DNA of 64,000 bases from Patescibacteria group bacterium (GCA_034716235.1 JAYEHH010000037.1:566-64565), one strand, 5' to 3'. Positions 46,672-56,347 are shown, counted from the stretch's first letter. Notes: generated from the letters alone by a model not told the origin. Numbers and translations are program-made.

Positions 46672-47931
46672 ATGAAAATTAAAAAAATCACTGCTTATGA
46701 AATTCTCGATTCCCGAGGGAATCCGACAGTTAGAGTCAAACTTACAACGGAGAATGGAGCATTAGCCTCTGCTAATGTTCCCTCAGGAGCTTCAACGGGA
46801 GAACACGAGGCTTTAGAATTAAGAGATAATGATCCAGCCAGATTTAATGGTAAGGGGGTTTTACAAGCAATTAAAAATATAAAGGAGAAAATTGCCCCTG
46901 AGTTAATCGGTATGGAAATAACCGATCAAGAAAAAATTGATCAGAAAATGATTCAACTGGACGGAACTGCCAATAAGACAAATTTAGGAGCTAACTCTAC
47001 CCTAGGAGTTTCGCTAGCTATTGCTAGAGCAATGGCCGAAGAAAAACATTTACCACTCTATAAATATTTAGCGCAACTTAATGGCTCTGCAGAAGAAGAA
47101 ATTGTCTTCCCTAATCCAATGTGCAATGTTATCAACGGTGGCGCTCATGCTGATTCTGGGATGGATATTCAGGAATATATGCTTGTTGCTACAGGGATTG
47201 ACTCTGTTCAAGAAAAGGTTAGAGCTTTATCGGAAATCTATCATGCTTTAAAAACAAGGCTCAAAAAAGATAAATATACTATAGCGGTTGGCGATGAAGG
47301 AGGATTTGCCCCAAGACTTAAAAGCAATGCAGAGCCATTGGAATATTTAACGGTGGCCACCGAAGAAGCTGGTTATAAAGTAGGAAAAGATATTAATTTT
47401 GCTCTTGATGTAGCTGCTTCTGAATTCTATGATCCGCAATCTCAGAAATATATTTTAAAGCTGGATGAGAAAGAATTATCAGCTGAAGAATTAATCAGTT
47501 ACTATGAGGAACTAATCGCCAAATATCCAATAATCATCATAGAAGATGGGTTGGCAGAAGATGATATTGAAGGCTGGAAACTATTTAATCAAAAATGCGG
47601 AGAAAAAATCAGTATTATGGGAGATGATTTTACCGTAACCAATAAACAAAGATTGAATTGGGCGTTAGAGAATAAAGCTCTCAATAGTATTCTCATAAAG
47701 CCTAACCAGATTGGAACCCTTACCGAAACTCTAGAATGTATAAAAATAAGTCAGGAGCAAGGATTGAAAATAGCAATTTCTCATAGAAGTGGAGACACTC
47801 GGGATGACTTTATTGCCGATTTAGCGGTAGGAGTTGGAGCAGACTGGCTTAAATCTGGTTCAATGGCTAGAAGCGAAAGAGTATCTAAATATAATCGTCT
47901 GCTGGAAATTAAAAACGAAGAAGCAAATTAA
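46672..47931 (+). CDS. eno: Enolase
   Basis: ITAYEILDSRGNPTV N-terminus; SHRSGDTRDDFIADLAVG signature. Confidence 0.97.
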   Translation: MKIKKITAYEILDSRGNPTVRVKLTTENGALASANVPSGASTGEHEALELRDNDPARFNGKGVLQAIKNIKEKIAPELIGMEITDQEKIDQKMIQLDGTANKTNLGANSTLGVSLAIARAMAEEKHLPLYKYLAQLNGSAEEEIVFPNPMCNVINGGAHADSGMDIQEYMLVATGIDSVQEKVRALSEIYHALKTRLKKDKYTIAVGDEGGFAPRLKSNAEPLEYLTVATEEAGYKVGKDINFALDVAASEFYDPQSQKYILKLDEKELSAEELISYYEELIAKYPIIIIEDGLAEDDIEGWKLFNQKCGEKISIMGDDFTVTNKQRLNWALENKALNSILIKPNQIGTLTETLECIKISQEQGLKIAISHRSGDTRDDFIADLAVGVGADWLKSGSMARSERVSKYNRLLEIKNEEAN

Positions 47932-47942
47932 TTTTGAAAATA

Positions 47943-49487
47943 ATGGAATCTCAAAAAAATACTAATCCTTACGTAGCTGTTATCTTAGATGGTTTTGGTA
48001 TGGCTCCGAAATATGAAGGTAATGCAGTAGAACTTGCTAGAAAACCAAACTATGACAAATTAAAAAAGCAATATCCCTATACAGAATTAGGGGCATCAGG
48101 AAAAGATGTTGGGCTAGAAGCTGGTGGAATGTCGGGAAGTGAAGTAGGGCATACCAACATTGGCGCCGGGCGAGTAATTGAACAAGAATCAAAAATTATT
48201 TCTCAGGGTATTGACGATAAGACATTTTTTCAAAATCCGGTTTTACTAAAAGCGGTAAATCATGTAGAAAAAATTGGTTCTAGATTACATCTGGTGGGGC
48301 TTCTCTCTAGTGATAACAGCCCTCACTCAAAACTCAAACATTTTACTGCCATTTTAGAAATAGCCAAACAAAAAGGGATTAGTGAAGTTTTTATTCATTT
48401 TTTTACTGATGGTCGAGATTCTAAGCCTCAGAGTGCAGAAAAACATTTGAAAAAGTGGAACAATATAATGGATACAATTGGAATTGGAAAAGTGGCTACT
48501 GTCGGAGGTAGGTTTTACGGAATGGATAGGGTTAAAAATTGGGATCGGTTAAAAATGGCTTATAATGCCATGGCTAAAGGAGAAGGAGAAAAAGCTGATT
48601 CTGCCCAAGAAGCCATTAAGCAAGCCAGGGCTCAGAAATTAATCGATGAATATATTTTGCCCACGGTAATTTATGAGCAAGGAAAACCAGTTGCTAAAAT
48701 AGCAGACAACGATGCAGTTATCTTTTTCAATCTGCGATCAGATAGAGCTCGACAACTAACCAAACTATTTGTTTTAGAAGAATCAACGGAAACAGAGTTA
48801 CCTCAACCGAGAGTCAAAAATCTTTTCTTTGTTACTCTGACTGATTTTGGTCCCGATATTAATACGCACACTGCTTTTGCTGCTAATAATATCTATCAAA
48901 CCCTACCTAGCGCCTTGGCTAATTCTCGACAATTATATATTTCAGAAACGGAAAAATTTGCCCACGTAACTTTTTTTCTCAATGGGGGCTTTCCGGATTC
49001 TGTCGCTGGAGAAAAACGAATTATGATTCCTTCTCCAGATGTGAATTCCTACGCCGAAACTCCAGAAATGTCTGCTAAAGCCATTACAGATGTTATAATA
49101 AAATATACAGAAGAAGAAGCCTATGATTTTATTTTGGTCAATTATCCCAATCCAGACATGCTTGGCCATACCGGAGATATAAAGGCAACGGTCAAAGGGA
49201 TAGAATTTGTAGATAAATGTTTAGGGAGGCTCTGGAAAGAAATTCAGAAACGGGAAGGAGGAATGTTTGTTTTTGCTGACCATGGGAATGCAGACGAAAT
49301 GCTTGATAAAAAAACGGGAGAAAAATTGACTTTCCATACAACAAATCCGGTTCCTTTTATTATGGCTTATGATAAGCTGAGAGGAAAGAAGTTAGCGACC
49401 GGTGGAAAATTAGGGAATATCGCTCCGTCTATCTTAAAAACTATGGATATAAAAAAGGAAAGAAAGATGGGAGAAGAATTATTTTAA
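47943..49487 (+). CDS. gpmI: 2,3-bisphosphoglycerate-independent phosphoglycerate mutase
   Basis: VILDGFGMAPKYEGNAV, TDGRDSKPQSAEKHL, ADHGNADEM motifs of iPGM. Confidence 0.92.
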   Translation: MESQKNTNPYVAVILDGFGMAPKYEGNAVELARKPNYDKLKKQYPYTELGASGKDVGLEAGGMSGSEVGHTNIGAGRVIEQESKIISQGIDDKTFFQNPVLLKAVNHVEKIGSRLHLVGLLSSDNSPHSKLKHFTAILEIAKQKGISEVFIHFFTDGRDSKPQSAEKHLKKWNNIMDTIGIGKVATVGGRFYGMDRVKNWDRLKMAYNAMAKGEGEKADSAQEAIKQARAQKLIDEYILPTVIYEQGKPVAKIADNDAVIFFNLRSDRARQLTKLFVLEESTETELPQPRVKNLFFVTLTDFGPDINTHTAFAANNIYQTLPSALANSRQLYISETEKFAHVTFFLNGGFPDSVAGEKRIMIPSPDVNSYAETPEMSAKAITDVIIKYTEEEAYDFILVNYPNPDMLGHTGDIKATVKGIEFVDKCLGRLWKEIQKREGGMFVFADHGNADEMLDKKTGEKLTFHTTNPVPFIMAYDKLRGKKLATGGKLGNIAPSILKTMDIKKERKMGEELF

Positions 49488-49514
49488 TTAATGATTTTTT
49501 AATTTATTAAACAT

Positions 49515-50453
49515 ATGGATAATCAACTTACTACTATTGGTTCAGCTACTAGGGATATTTTTCTAATTCCTAAAAAGGTGGATATAATTGACAATAAAAA
49601 AGATTTAACTCGTCAAAAACTGATGGCTTTTGAATATGGGGCTAAAGAAACAGTTGATTATCTAAGTATCCATACGGGAGGAACGGCGGTAAATGTAGCA
49701 GTGGGATTGGCAAGGCAAGGGATAAAAACTGCTGCCAATTGTGCCGTTGGTAACGATGAATCAGGTCAATCAGTTTTGGACACTCTAAAGAAAGAAGGAG
49801 TAGCTACTTCTTTAGTAGCCATTTCCCAGCACAGTAAAACTGATCGCTCTCTTATTATTCTAGATAAAAAAACAGGCGAACGGACGGTATTTATTAACAA
49901 AAGTGCCAGTCGGCACTTAACAGTTGACTGCTCTTCAATTGAATCGGAATCCATATTCCTTTCCTCTCTAAAATATAATTGGGAAAAAAAGTTTAAAGTA
50001 CTTGAAAAATGTGTAGTCGCTTCTCATAAAAGATTATTCTTTACCCCCGGAACGGCTCAAATTAAAGCGGGCACAGAAAAATTGGCCGATTTCCTGCGAC
50101 AGGTTGAAGTGATATTTCTTAATGAGGACGAAGCTCTTGAATTTACTCGTCAAAAAACAAAAGTAGAAATTAAAGAAATGATGAAAGATATTTATAGCTA
50201 TGGTCCTAAAGTGGTGGTGATTACCGCCGGGGAAAAAGGAGTTTATGTTTATAGTGACCATACCTTTTTTCATACTCCTTCTGAAAAAATAAAAATTAAG
50301 GATGCTACTGGGGCGGGAGACGCTTTTACTTCGGGCTTTTTAGCAACGTATCTCAGAGGTGGGTCATTGAAAGTGGCGGTTAAGAATGGTATCCGCAACT
50401 CTGTTTCAGTAATAACTCACCTTGGAACATTAGAAGGATTATTAAAAAAATAA
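49515..50453 (+). CDS. PfkB-family carbohydrate kinase (ribokinase-like)
   Basis: GGTAVNVAVGLARQG (motif 1) and DATGAGDAFTSGFLA (motif 2). Confidence 0.8.
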   Translation: MDNQLTTIGSATRDIFLIPKKVDIIDNKKDLTRQKLMAFEYGAKETVDYLSIHTGGTAVNVAVGLARQGIKTAANCAVGNDESGQSVLDTLKKEGVATSLVAISQHSKTDRSLIILDKKTGERTVFINKSASRHLTVDCSSIESESIFLSSLKYNWEKKFKVLEKCVVASHKRLFFTPGTAQIKAGTEKLADFLRQVEVIFLNEDEALEFTRQKTKVEIKEMMKDIYSYGPKVVVITAGEKGVYVYSDHTFFHTPSEKIKIKDATGAGDAFTSGFLATYLRGGSLKVAVKNGIRNSVSVITHLGTLEGLLKK

Positions 50454-50462
50454 ATTATTTTT

Positions 50463-51050
50463 ATGCAACGAATTCCTATCGAAATTTCAGCACGGCACTT
50501 ACACCTATCGCGAGCTGATACAGATATTATTTTTGGGAAAGGCTACCAATTACATGTTTTTAAAAAATTATCGCAACCAGGATCTTTTTCTACTCAAGAA
50601 ACTGTTAAAATAATTTACAAGGGAAAATCTGGGGAAAAAAGTTTAGAGAAAGTTAGAATCATTGCTCCTCTAAGAGATCATTCTCAGCTGGAGCTTGCTG
50701 GAACAGATGCTCGACGGTTAGGAGCTAAGCCTCCTATTCGTCTTAGTGGGAATATTGAGGGTACCCCTGGGTTTGAAATTGTAGGGCCAGCAGGAGCAGT
50801 GGCTAAAGAAGAAGGGATGATAATTGCCAAAAGACATTTACATGTTTCTCCTAAAGAAGCGGAGGAGTTATCCCTTAAAAACGGAAATGAAATTAAGGTT
50901 AAAGCTGGTGGAGATGGAGAACGAGAGCTTATTTTTTGCAAAGTGGTTGTGAGGGTGGCAGAAAATTTCAAATTAGCCATGCATATTGATACCGATGAAA
51001 GTAACGCCGTTGGTATGACAAGTTGTGGATATGGGGAAATAACTTTATAA
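50463..51050 (+). CDS. pduL: PduL-type phosphate acyltransferase (phosphotransacetylase/propanoyltransferase)
   Basis: Duplicated PduL motifs ISARHLHLSRAD...IFG and IAKRHLHVSPKEAEEL; the acetate kinase gene follows immediately. Confidence 0.75.
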   Translation: MQRIPIEISARHLHLSRADTDIIFGKGYQLHVFKKLSQPGSFSTQETVKIIYKGKSGEKSLEKVRIIAPLRDHSQLELAGTDARRLGAKPPIRLSGNIEGTPGFEIVGPAGAVAKEEGMIIAKRHLHVSPKEAEELSLKNGNEIKVKAGGDGERELIFCKVVVRVAENFKLAMHIDTDESNAVGMTSCGYGEITL

Positions 51051-51125
51051 CCTTATAACTTTACAACTTTACAAACTTTACAAACTTTATAAACTTTACA
51101 AATTTTATAACTTTATGAACTTTCT
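51047..51125. repeat. Tandem nonamer array CTTTACAAA (about 8 units, degenerate)
   Basis: ccttataactttacaactttacaaactttacaaactttataaactttacaaattttataactttatgaactttc between pduL and ackA. Confidence 0.7.
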
Positions 51126-52181
51126 ATGTCTATCTTAGCTATAAATTCAGGAAGCCAAACTTTAAAGTACAAGCTGTACCAAGCGGAAAGTTTTAAATTA
51201 ATAAAAGAAGGAAAGATTGAAAATATCGGGTTTGGTAAAATAAAAAATCATTTTGAAGCTATTAATCAGGTCAGGGAAGAAATTCAAGAATATGAGTCAG
51301 AACTTAAAATTATTGGACACCGTTACGTCAATGGAGGACTGGAATTCATTGATCCTCAAGTCATAGATCAAGCTAAGGCGAAAACTCTGGAACAATATAA
51401 TAGCTTAGCCCCTCTCCATAATCCAGCCAACTTAGCAGGAATCAGGGCTACCTTAAAAATGATTCCGCAAGCTACAAATGTAGCGGTTTTTGATACGCAT
51501 TTTTACAAAGATCTTCCAGAAGTAGCTTGGCGCTATGCTTTAAATAAAAAAATAGCTGACGAGAATAATTATCGTCGCTTAGGTTTTCATGGTATTTCTC
51601 ACGCCTATGCTGTTTCTCAAGTTGCTACCGTTCTGAAAAAGAAGGTTAATGAAATGAAAATAATTTCTTTGCATTTAGGGGGAGGAGCCAGTATAACGGC
51701 TACCAATAATGGTAAGGTGGTGGATACCAGTATGGGCTTTACTCCGGCAGAGGGCTTAATGATGATGACCCGTTCTGGTGATATTGATCCAGGGATTCTT
51801 ATTGATTTAGTCAGGAAGGGGATGGGAGGAGATGAGTTGGACGAACTCCTGAATTACCAAAGCGGTATTTACGGTATTTGTAATAAGCAAAGCATGTTAG
51901 CAGTGTTGGAAGATTTAAAAGAGAAAAAAACTAAAGATGTTCAATTAGCTTTTGAAATGTATGTTTATCGGATTAAGAAATATATCGGAGCTTACTATGC
52001 GATTTTAGGAGGTTGTGATGCTTTAGTTTTCACGGGGACAATAGGGGCTGGCAATCCTGAGACCCGAGAAGCCGTAATGGAAGGCCTAGATTTTGTTGCC
52101 GAGGTTCCAGTATTAGTTATTCCTACCGATGAAGAAATTATGATTGCTAAAGAGGCATACGATGTAGTGAAAAGTTCATAA
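51126..52181 (+). CDS. ackA: Acetate (propionate) kinase, compact 351-aa form
   Basis: ILAINSGSQTLKYKLY N-terminus; FHGISHAY; C-terminal VIPTDEEIMIAKEA. Confidence 0.85.
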   Translation: MSILAINSGSQTLKYKLYQAESFKLIKEGKIENIGFGKIKNHFEAINQVREEIQEYESELKIIGHRYVNGGLEFIDPQVIDQAKAKTLEQYNSLAPLHNPANLAGIRATLKMIPQATNVAVFDTHFYKDLPEVAWRYALNKKIADENNYRRLGFHGISHAYAVSQVATVLKKKVNEMKIISLHLGGGASITATNNGKVVDTSMGFTPAEGLMMMTRSGDIDPGILIDLVRKGMGGDELDELLNYQSGIYGICNKQSMLAVLEDLKEKKTKDVQLAFEMYVYRIKKYIGAYYAILGGCDALVFTGTIGAGNPETREAVMEGLDFVAEVPVLVIPTDEEIMIAKEAYDVVKSS

Positions 52182-52185
52182 AGGA

Positions 52186-52365
52186 ATTTTTTACACAGAG
52201 GGTGATCCGCCTCTGGATAATGGATAATGGATAATGGACAATTGATGATTCCACCTAGAGGGTGACCAGTCTCTGGCTGGTTGCTTAATGACAAGTTCGT
52301 AAAGATGGGACAATTCATAATTTCTTAATCACTTTATGAACTTTATGAACTTTATGAACTTTCTA
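52186..52365. repeat. Composite repeat (module B AGAGGGTGATCCGCCTCTGG, GGATAAT heptamers, module B AGAGGGTGACCAGTCTCTGGCTGG, tandem CTTTATGAA x3)
   Basis: cacagagggtgatccgcctctggataatggataatggataatggacaattgatgattccacctagagggtgaccagtctctggctggttgc...ctttatgaactttatgaactttatgaactttc. Confidence 0.65.
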
Positions 52366-52384
52366 CTTTTAAATTACATTGCTT

Positions 52385-54103
52385 ATGAAAAAATGGATTT
52401 TACGGTCTCAACCGGGAGACAAATACAGAAAAAAGTTTTCTAATTATTCTAAATTTGTTCAAACCATTTTTTACCAGATAGGTATTAAGACTGACAAGGA
52501 GGCGGAAGATTTTTTTGGTTTAGACTATGAAAATGGATTGCATGATCCCCAGCTACTTTCGGGAATGGAGAAAGGAGCTGAAAGGATTTTAAAGGCTATT
52601 AAAAATAACGAGCAGATTGCTATTTACGGTGACTATGACGCTGACGGAGTAACAGCGACTGCCGTTTTGAGTCAATTCTTTAAAGAATTGAAAATTGAGC
52701 CAGTTGTTTATATCCCTGAACGAGTTAATGAAGGTTATGGTTTGAATGGAAAAGCGATTGATTATCTTAAGGACAAAAAAGTTAAATTAGTTATTACCGT
52801 AGATACTGGCATTAGAAATGTTGAAGAAGCTCAACTTTTTAAAGAAGAAGGAATTGATTTAATTATTACCGACCATCATTCATTGCCAGAAAAGCTTCCC
52901 GAGGCAGTTGCCGTTATTAATCCTCATCAAGATAAAGGGAAATATCCTTTTGAAGATTTAGCGGGAGTGGGAGTGGCTTTCAAATTGGTCCAATTTTTGA
53001 TTGGTAAAATAGGCGAGAATAAATTTTCGGCTGGTTTTGAAAAATGGCTTTTAGATTTAGTAGCCTTGGGGACAATAGCCGACATGGTCCCTCTCAAAGG
53101 AGAGAATAGAATTTTAGCTAAATATGGTCTTATTGTTTTAAGCAAAACTAAGAGATTTGGATTAAGGTCATTAATGAGCAATACTAGAATTTCTCTTAAC
53201 GACGAACAGCCAATTACTTCAGAAACGGTAGCTTTTCAAATAGCTCCCAGAATAAATGCGGCCGGTAGAATGGACCACGCTAATAATGCCTTGGTCCTCC
53301 TAAATGCAGAGAATAACACCGAAGCTAAGAAATTAGCCGACCAATTAGAAGATCAAAATAAAGCGCGTAGGAACATTACCAGTAAAATTCTTAGAGAAAC
53401 AGAAAAAATGGACTTTGGTGATAAAAAGATTATTATTGTCGGTAAAGATAGCTGGCCACTTGGCGTGATAGGATTGGCGGCGGGCAAACTTTGTGATAAA
53501 TTTAATCGTCCCGTTTTAGTTTATGGCAAGGACGGAAATCAAGTGCGTGGTTCCGCCAGAAGTATAGTTGGTTTCAATATTATAAAAGCATTGGATGAAT
53601 TGGATGATTTATTGGTGGCTCATGGAGGGCATAAACAGGCAGCCGGGTTTACTGTTCCCAGAGAGAAGTTGTCAGAATTTAAAGAAAGGTTAGAAAAGAT
53701 TGCAGAACAGGAAATACAAACAAAAGACTTGATGGCTAAACAAAAGATTAATTATAGGATTAACTTTAATGAGATAGGGAAGGATTTAGAGGAGGAGTTA
53801 AAAGCTTTTGAGCCTTATGGAGTTGGCAATCAAGAACCAGTTTTTTTAATTAAAGATGCTCAAGTTTGCCAAGCAAAATTTGTTGGTAAAACACAAAAAC
53901 ATTTAAAACTATTGGTTTGCGAGGGAAAAAAGAAAGCAGGTTTAATAAAGTATATTGGTTGTATTGGGTTTAATTTTGAAAATTACACCGGCAAAATAAA
54001 GCCGGGAGATTTGATAGACATTGTGTTTAATTTAAGTGTTAATAATTTTAATGGCAAAGCAGCATTAGAATTTAAAATGATAGACCTGAGAGTGAAAAGT
54101 TAA
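52385..54103 (+). CDS. recJ: Single-stranded-DNA-specific exonuclease RecJ
   Basis: DHH family motifs: DYDADGVTATAVL, VDTGIRN, ITDHHS; DHHA1 C-terminal region GGHKQAAGF. Confidence 0.9.
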   Translation: MKKWILRSQPGDKYRKKFSNYSKFVQTIFYQIGIKTDKEAEDFFGLDYENGLHDPQLLSGMEKGAERILKAIKNNEQIAIYGDYDADGVTATAVLSQFFKELKIEPVVYIPERVNEGYGLNGKAIDYLKDKKVKLVITVDTGIRNVEEAQLFKEEGIDLIITDHHSLPEKLPEAVAVINPHQDKGKYPFEDLAGVGVAFKLVQFLIGKIGENKFSAGFEKWLLDLVALGTIADMVPLKGENRILAKYGLIVLSKTKRFGLRSLMSNTRISLNDEQPITSETVAFQIAPRINAAGRMDHANNALVLLNAENNTEAKKLADQLEDQNKARRNITSKILRETEKMDFGDKKIIIVGKDSWPLGVIGLAAGKLCDKFNRPVLVYGKDGNQVRGSARSIVGFNIIKALDELDDLLVAHGGHKQAAGFTVPREKLSEFKERLEKIAEQEIQTKDLMAKQKINYRINFNEIGKDLEEELKAFEPYGVGNQEPVFLIKDAQVCQAKFVGKTQKHLKLLVCEGKKKAGLIKYIGCIGFNFENYTGKIKPGDLIDIVFNLSVNNFNGKAALEFKMIDLRVKS

Positions 54104-54612
54104 AAGTTTATAAAGTTAGAAAGTTAAACTATTAAAGTCATTCCCGCGAAGGCGGGAATCCAGAAACTAGAATAAAATTATCATTGATAAATAATGGATG
54201 GTGATTATCAAAAACACTAGCCTACATAAATTTACTAGAAGAAATAAATATTGTTAAGAATTGGCTTATTGTTATAATGAAATAAAATTGGTGCATTCTA
54301 AATTTCTAGATTCCCGTCCGGCATCCCAGCATCCGCGGGACAGGTTCGCCGGATTGCACTTCCCTACCTCACCTACCTCACCTACCTCACGGCAGACAAG
54401 TGGCAGACAAGTGGCAGACAGGCGCGGGGAATGACAGGGGAAAAAGGCTGACTGGCTTGTCTCGCCGAAGGCTCGCCTAAACTCGGTGAGGCTAGAGGAG
54501 ATCCCGAGCAAATTTAGAAAAAAACTAATTTGGCAAGGCTCTGCCTAGACGTACCGGGATTCCCGCTTTCGCGGGAATGACAGGAATGCAACTTTACAAA
54601 CTTTTAACTATT
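54103..54612. repeat. Composite repeat block (AAAGTT units, module A, module C, CACCTACCT x3 and GGCAGACAAGT x3 microsatellites, module A)
   Basis: gtcattcccgcgaaggcgggaatccagaaactagaataaaatta; cccgtccggcatcccagcatccgcgggacaggttcgccgg; cctcacctacctcacctacctcacggcagacaagtggcagacaagtggcagaca; ...gtctagacgtaccgggattcccgctttcgcgggaatgacagg (near-identical to 828-866). Confidence 0.7.
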
Positions 54613-54616
54613 TATT

Positions 54617-55033
54617 ATGACAGACAAAATAATTATTTATTCCGATGGTGGATCAAGGGGCAACCCCGGACCGGCAGCCATTGGAGCTTTAGTGGAAATT
54701 AATGGCAATGCCTTTGAGGTGTCAGAATGTATCGGAAAAGCTACTAATAATATTGCTGAGTATGAAGCAGCTATTGCTGGTCTTAAAAAAGCTCAACAAC
54801 TTTTAGGTAAGCGTAGGGCTAAGATGGCAACAGCGGAGTGTTTTTTAGATAGTGAATTGGTGGTAAAACAAATAAATGGAGAGTACAAGATTAAAGAGTC
54901 AACACTTTACGCGCCTTTTATAGAACTGAGAAATTTAACCCTTGATTTTAGGAAAGTTAAGTTTGTTCATATTAAAAGAGAACTAAATAAAAAAGCAGAC
55001 AGTCTAGTTAATCAAGCGTTGGACAGTGCTTAA
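54617..55033 (+). CDS. rnhA: Ribonuclease HI
   Basis: IIYSDGGSRGNPGPAAIG, NNIAEYEAAIAGL, ...DSELVVKQI...; conserved catalytic DEDD context. Confidence 0.9.
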   Translation: MTDKIIIYSDGGSRGNPGPAAIGALVEINGNAFEVSECIGKATNNIAEYEAAIAGLKKAQQLLGKRRAKMATAECFLDSELVVKQINGEYKIKESTLYAPFIELRNLTLDFRKVKFVHIKRELNKKADSLVNQALDSA

Positions 55034-55133
55034 TTATCAAAAGTCCTGTTAGTGTTTTGTATGTTAGGTTATTATGTTTACAAAAATATAATTGGTTAGT
55101 AATCTATAGCTAATAATTTATAAATTTTTGATC

Positions 55134-55841
55134 ATGCAAGTTGTTATTTTAGCTGCTGGAAAAGGTACTCGTATTAAACCATTGTCTAATGATACACCTA
55201 AGCCACTCATAGAAATTATTCCAGGAGTTTCTATTGTGGATAAAACTATTGAAGCCCTTCCTGATGAAATAGACGAAATTATTTTTGTGGTTAATTATCA
55301 CCAAGAACAAATTAGAAAAAAATATGGCAATAAAATAGGAAACAGGAAAGTTTCTTATGTGGTCCATGAAAAATTAGATGGAACCGCTCAGGCTCTTTGG
55401 CAATGCATAGACATTTTAAAAAATGATTTCCTAGTACTTTGTGGAGATGATATTTACAGCCAACAAGATCTTAAAAAACTTATTAAACATCCCTTGGCGT
55501 TGCTTGTAGCAGAAAGAAGCGGAACACCAAAGGGGGGACAGGTGGTTGTAGATGAAAAGCAACGGTTAATTGAGATCGTGGATTATCCTAAGGTAAAACT
55601 TGGAAAATACTTATTCAACACTGGAGCCTACAAATTAACTCGCTTATTTTTTGAATTTGAGCAGGTTTTAATAAAAAAAGATAGTGACGAGTATGGTCTT
55701 CCGCAGACCTTAGCCCAAGTTGCCCAAAAGCATGCAGTAGTGGTTGAGAAAACAGAGGCTCTCTATTTACAAATAAATACCTTAGAGGATTTAGAAAAAG
55801 CTAAAGAGACTTTGAGCAATAATGGTAAAAATATCAATTGA
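55134..55841 (+). CDS. Sugar-phosphate nucleotidyltransferase (NTP_transferase domain)
   Basis: VVILAAGKGTRIKPLSNDTPKPLIEI N-terminal signature; ATG at 55134 preferred over the TTG at 55128. Confidence 0.8.
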   Translation: MQVVILAAGKGTRIKPLSNDTPKPLIEIIPGVSIVDKTIEALPDEIDEIIFVVNYHQEQIRKKYGNKIGNRKVSYVVHEKLDGTAQALWQCIDILKNDFLVLCGDDIYSQQDLKKLIKHPLALLVAERSGTPKGGQVVVDEKQRLIEIVDYPKVKLGKYLFNTGAYKLTRLFFEFEQVLIKKDSDEYGLPQTLAQVAQKHAVVVEKTEALYLQINTLEDLEKAKETLSNNGKNIN

Positions 55842-55865
55842 ACTTTAAAAGACAAGAAAAAAATA

Positions 55866-55886
55866 AAAGACCGGTTGGTCTTTTGG
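55866..55886 (+). terminator. Rho-independent terminator
   Basis: aaagacc-ggtt-ggtctttt 25 nt after the stop codon. Confidence 0.5.
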
Positions 55887-56347
55887 GAGGATGGGAGGGG
55901 AGAGATGTTAGGCTTTTAAAAAATTGCCCTTTTCTCCCCTCCCTGAGGAGGTAATAATGAGCTTCCATTAGTATAGAGATAAAAAACTTTTTGTCAACAC
56001 CTCGCATCAAATCATTTAAAATGACACCGAAAGTTTCCTTGATACATCATCTAAAATAACACCCAAATTTATGATAATATTATGAGTCAATTACCTTTAG
56101 AAATGATATACTCAAGGGTTTTTTAAAAAAATAAAAAGGCTCTGTTGGGCCTTTAAAAAAATGGTGAGGAAGAAGTGTGGGGAATCAGGGTGCTTGTTAG
56201 CAGGTTCACACTTCTTCCTCTCTAGGAGGATAGAGATAAAAAACTATTTTAAATATAGCGTTTAAAGTGATTTTTGTCAATAGAAAATGTAGTTAGTGCA
56301 AATTCTTGAATTTACACTAGAAGCATTTTTATTAAAAATAATTAAAA

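Noticed and set aside
35349-54612. Dispersed GC-rich repeats as a CRISPR array
   Set aside because: Copies are not regularly spaced direct repeats separated by unique spacers. They occur in both orientations with variable module composition, and no cas genes are present.
55950-55975. Mini-ORF after the GGAGG in the 55.9-kb hairpin region (ATGAGCTTCCATTAG)
   Set aside because: Only 4 codons. More likely the SD-like sequence is part of an RNA structure.
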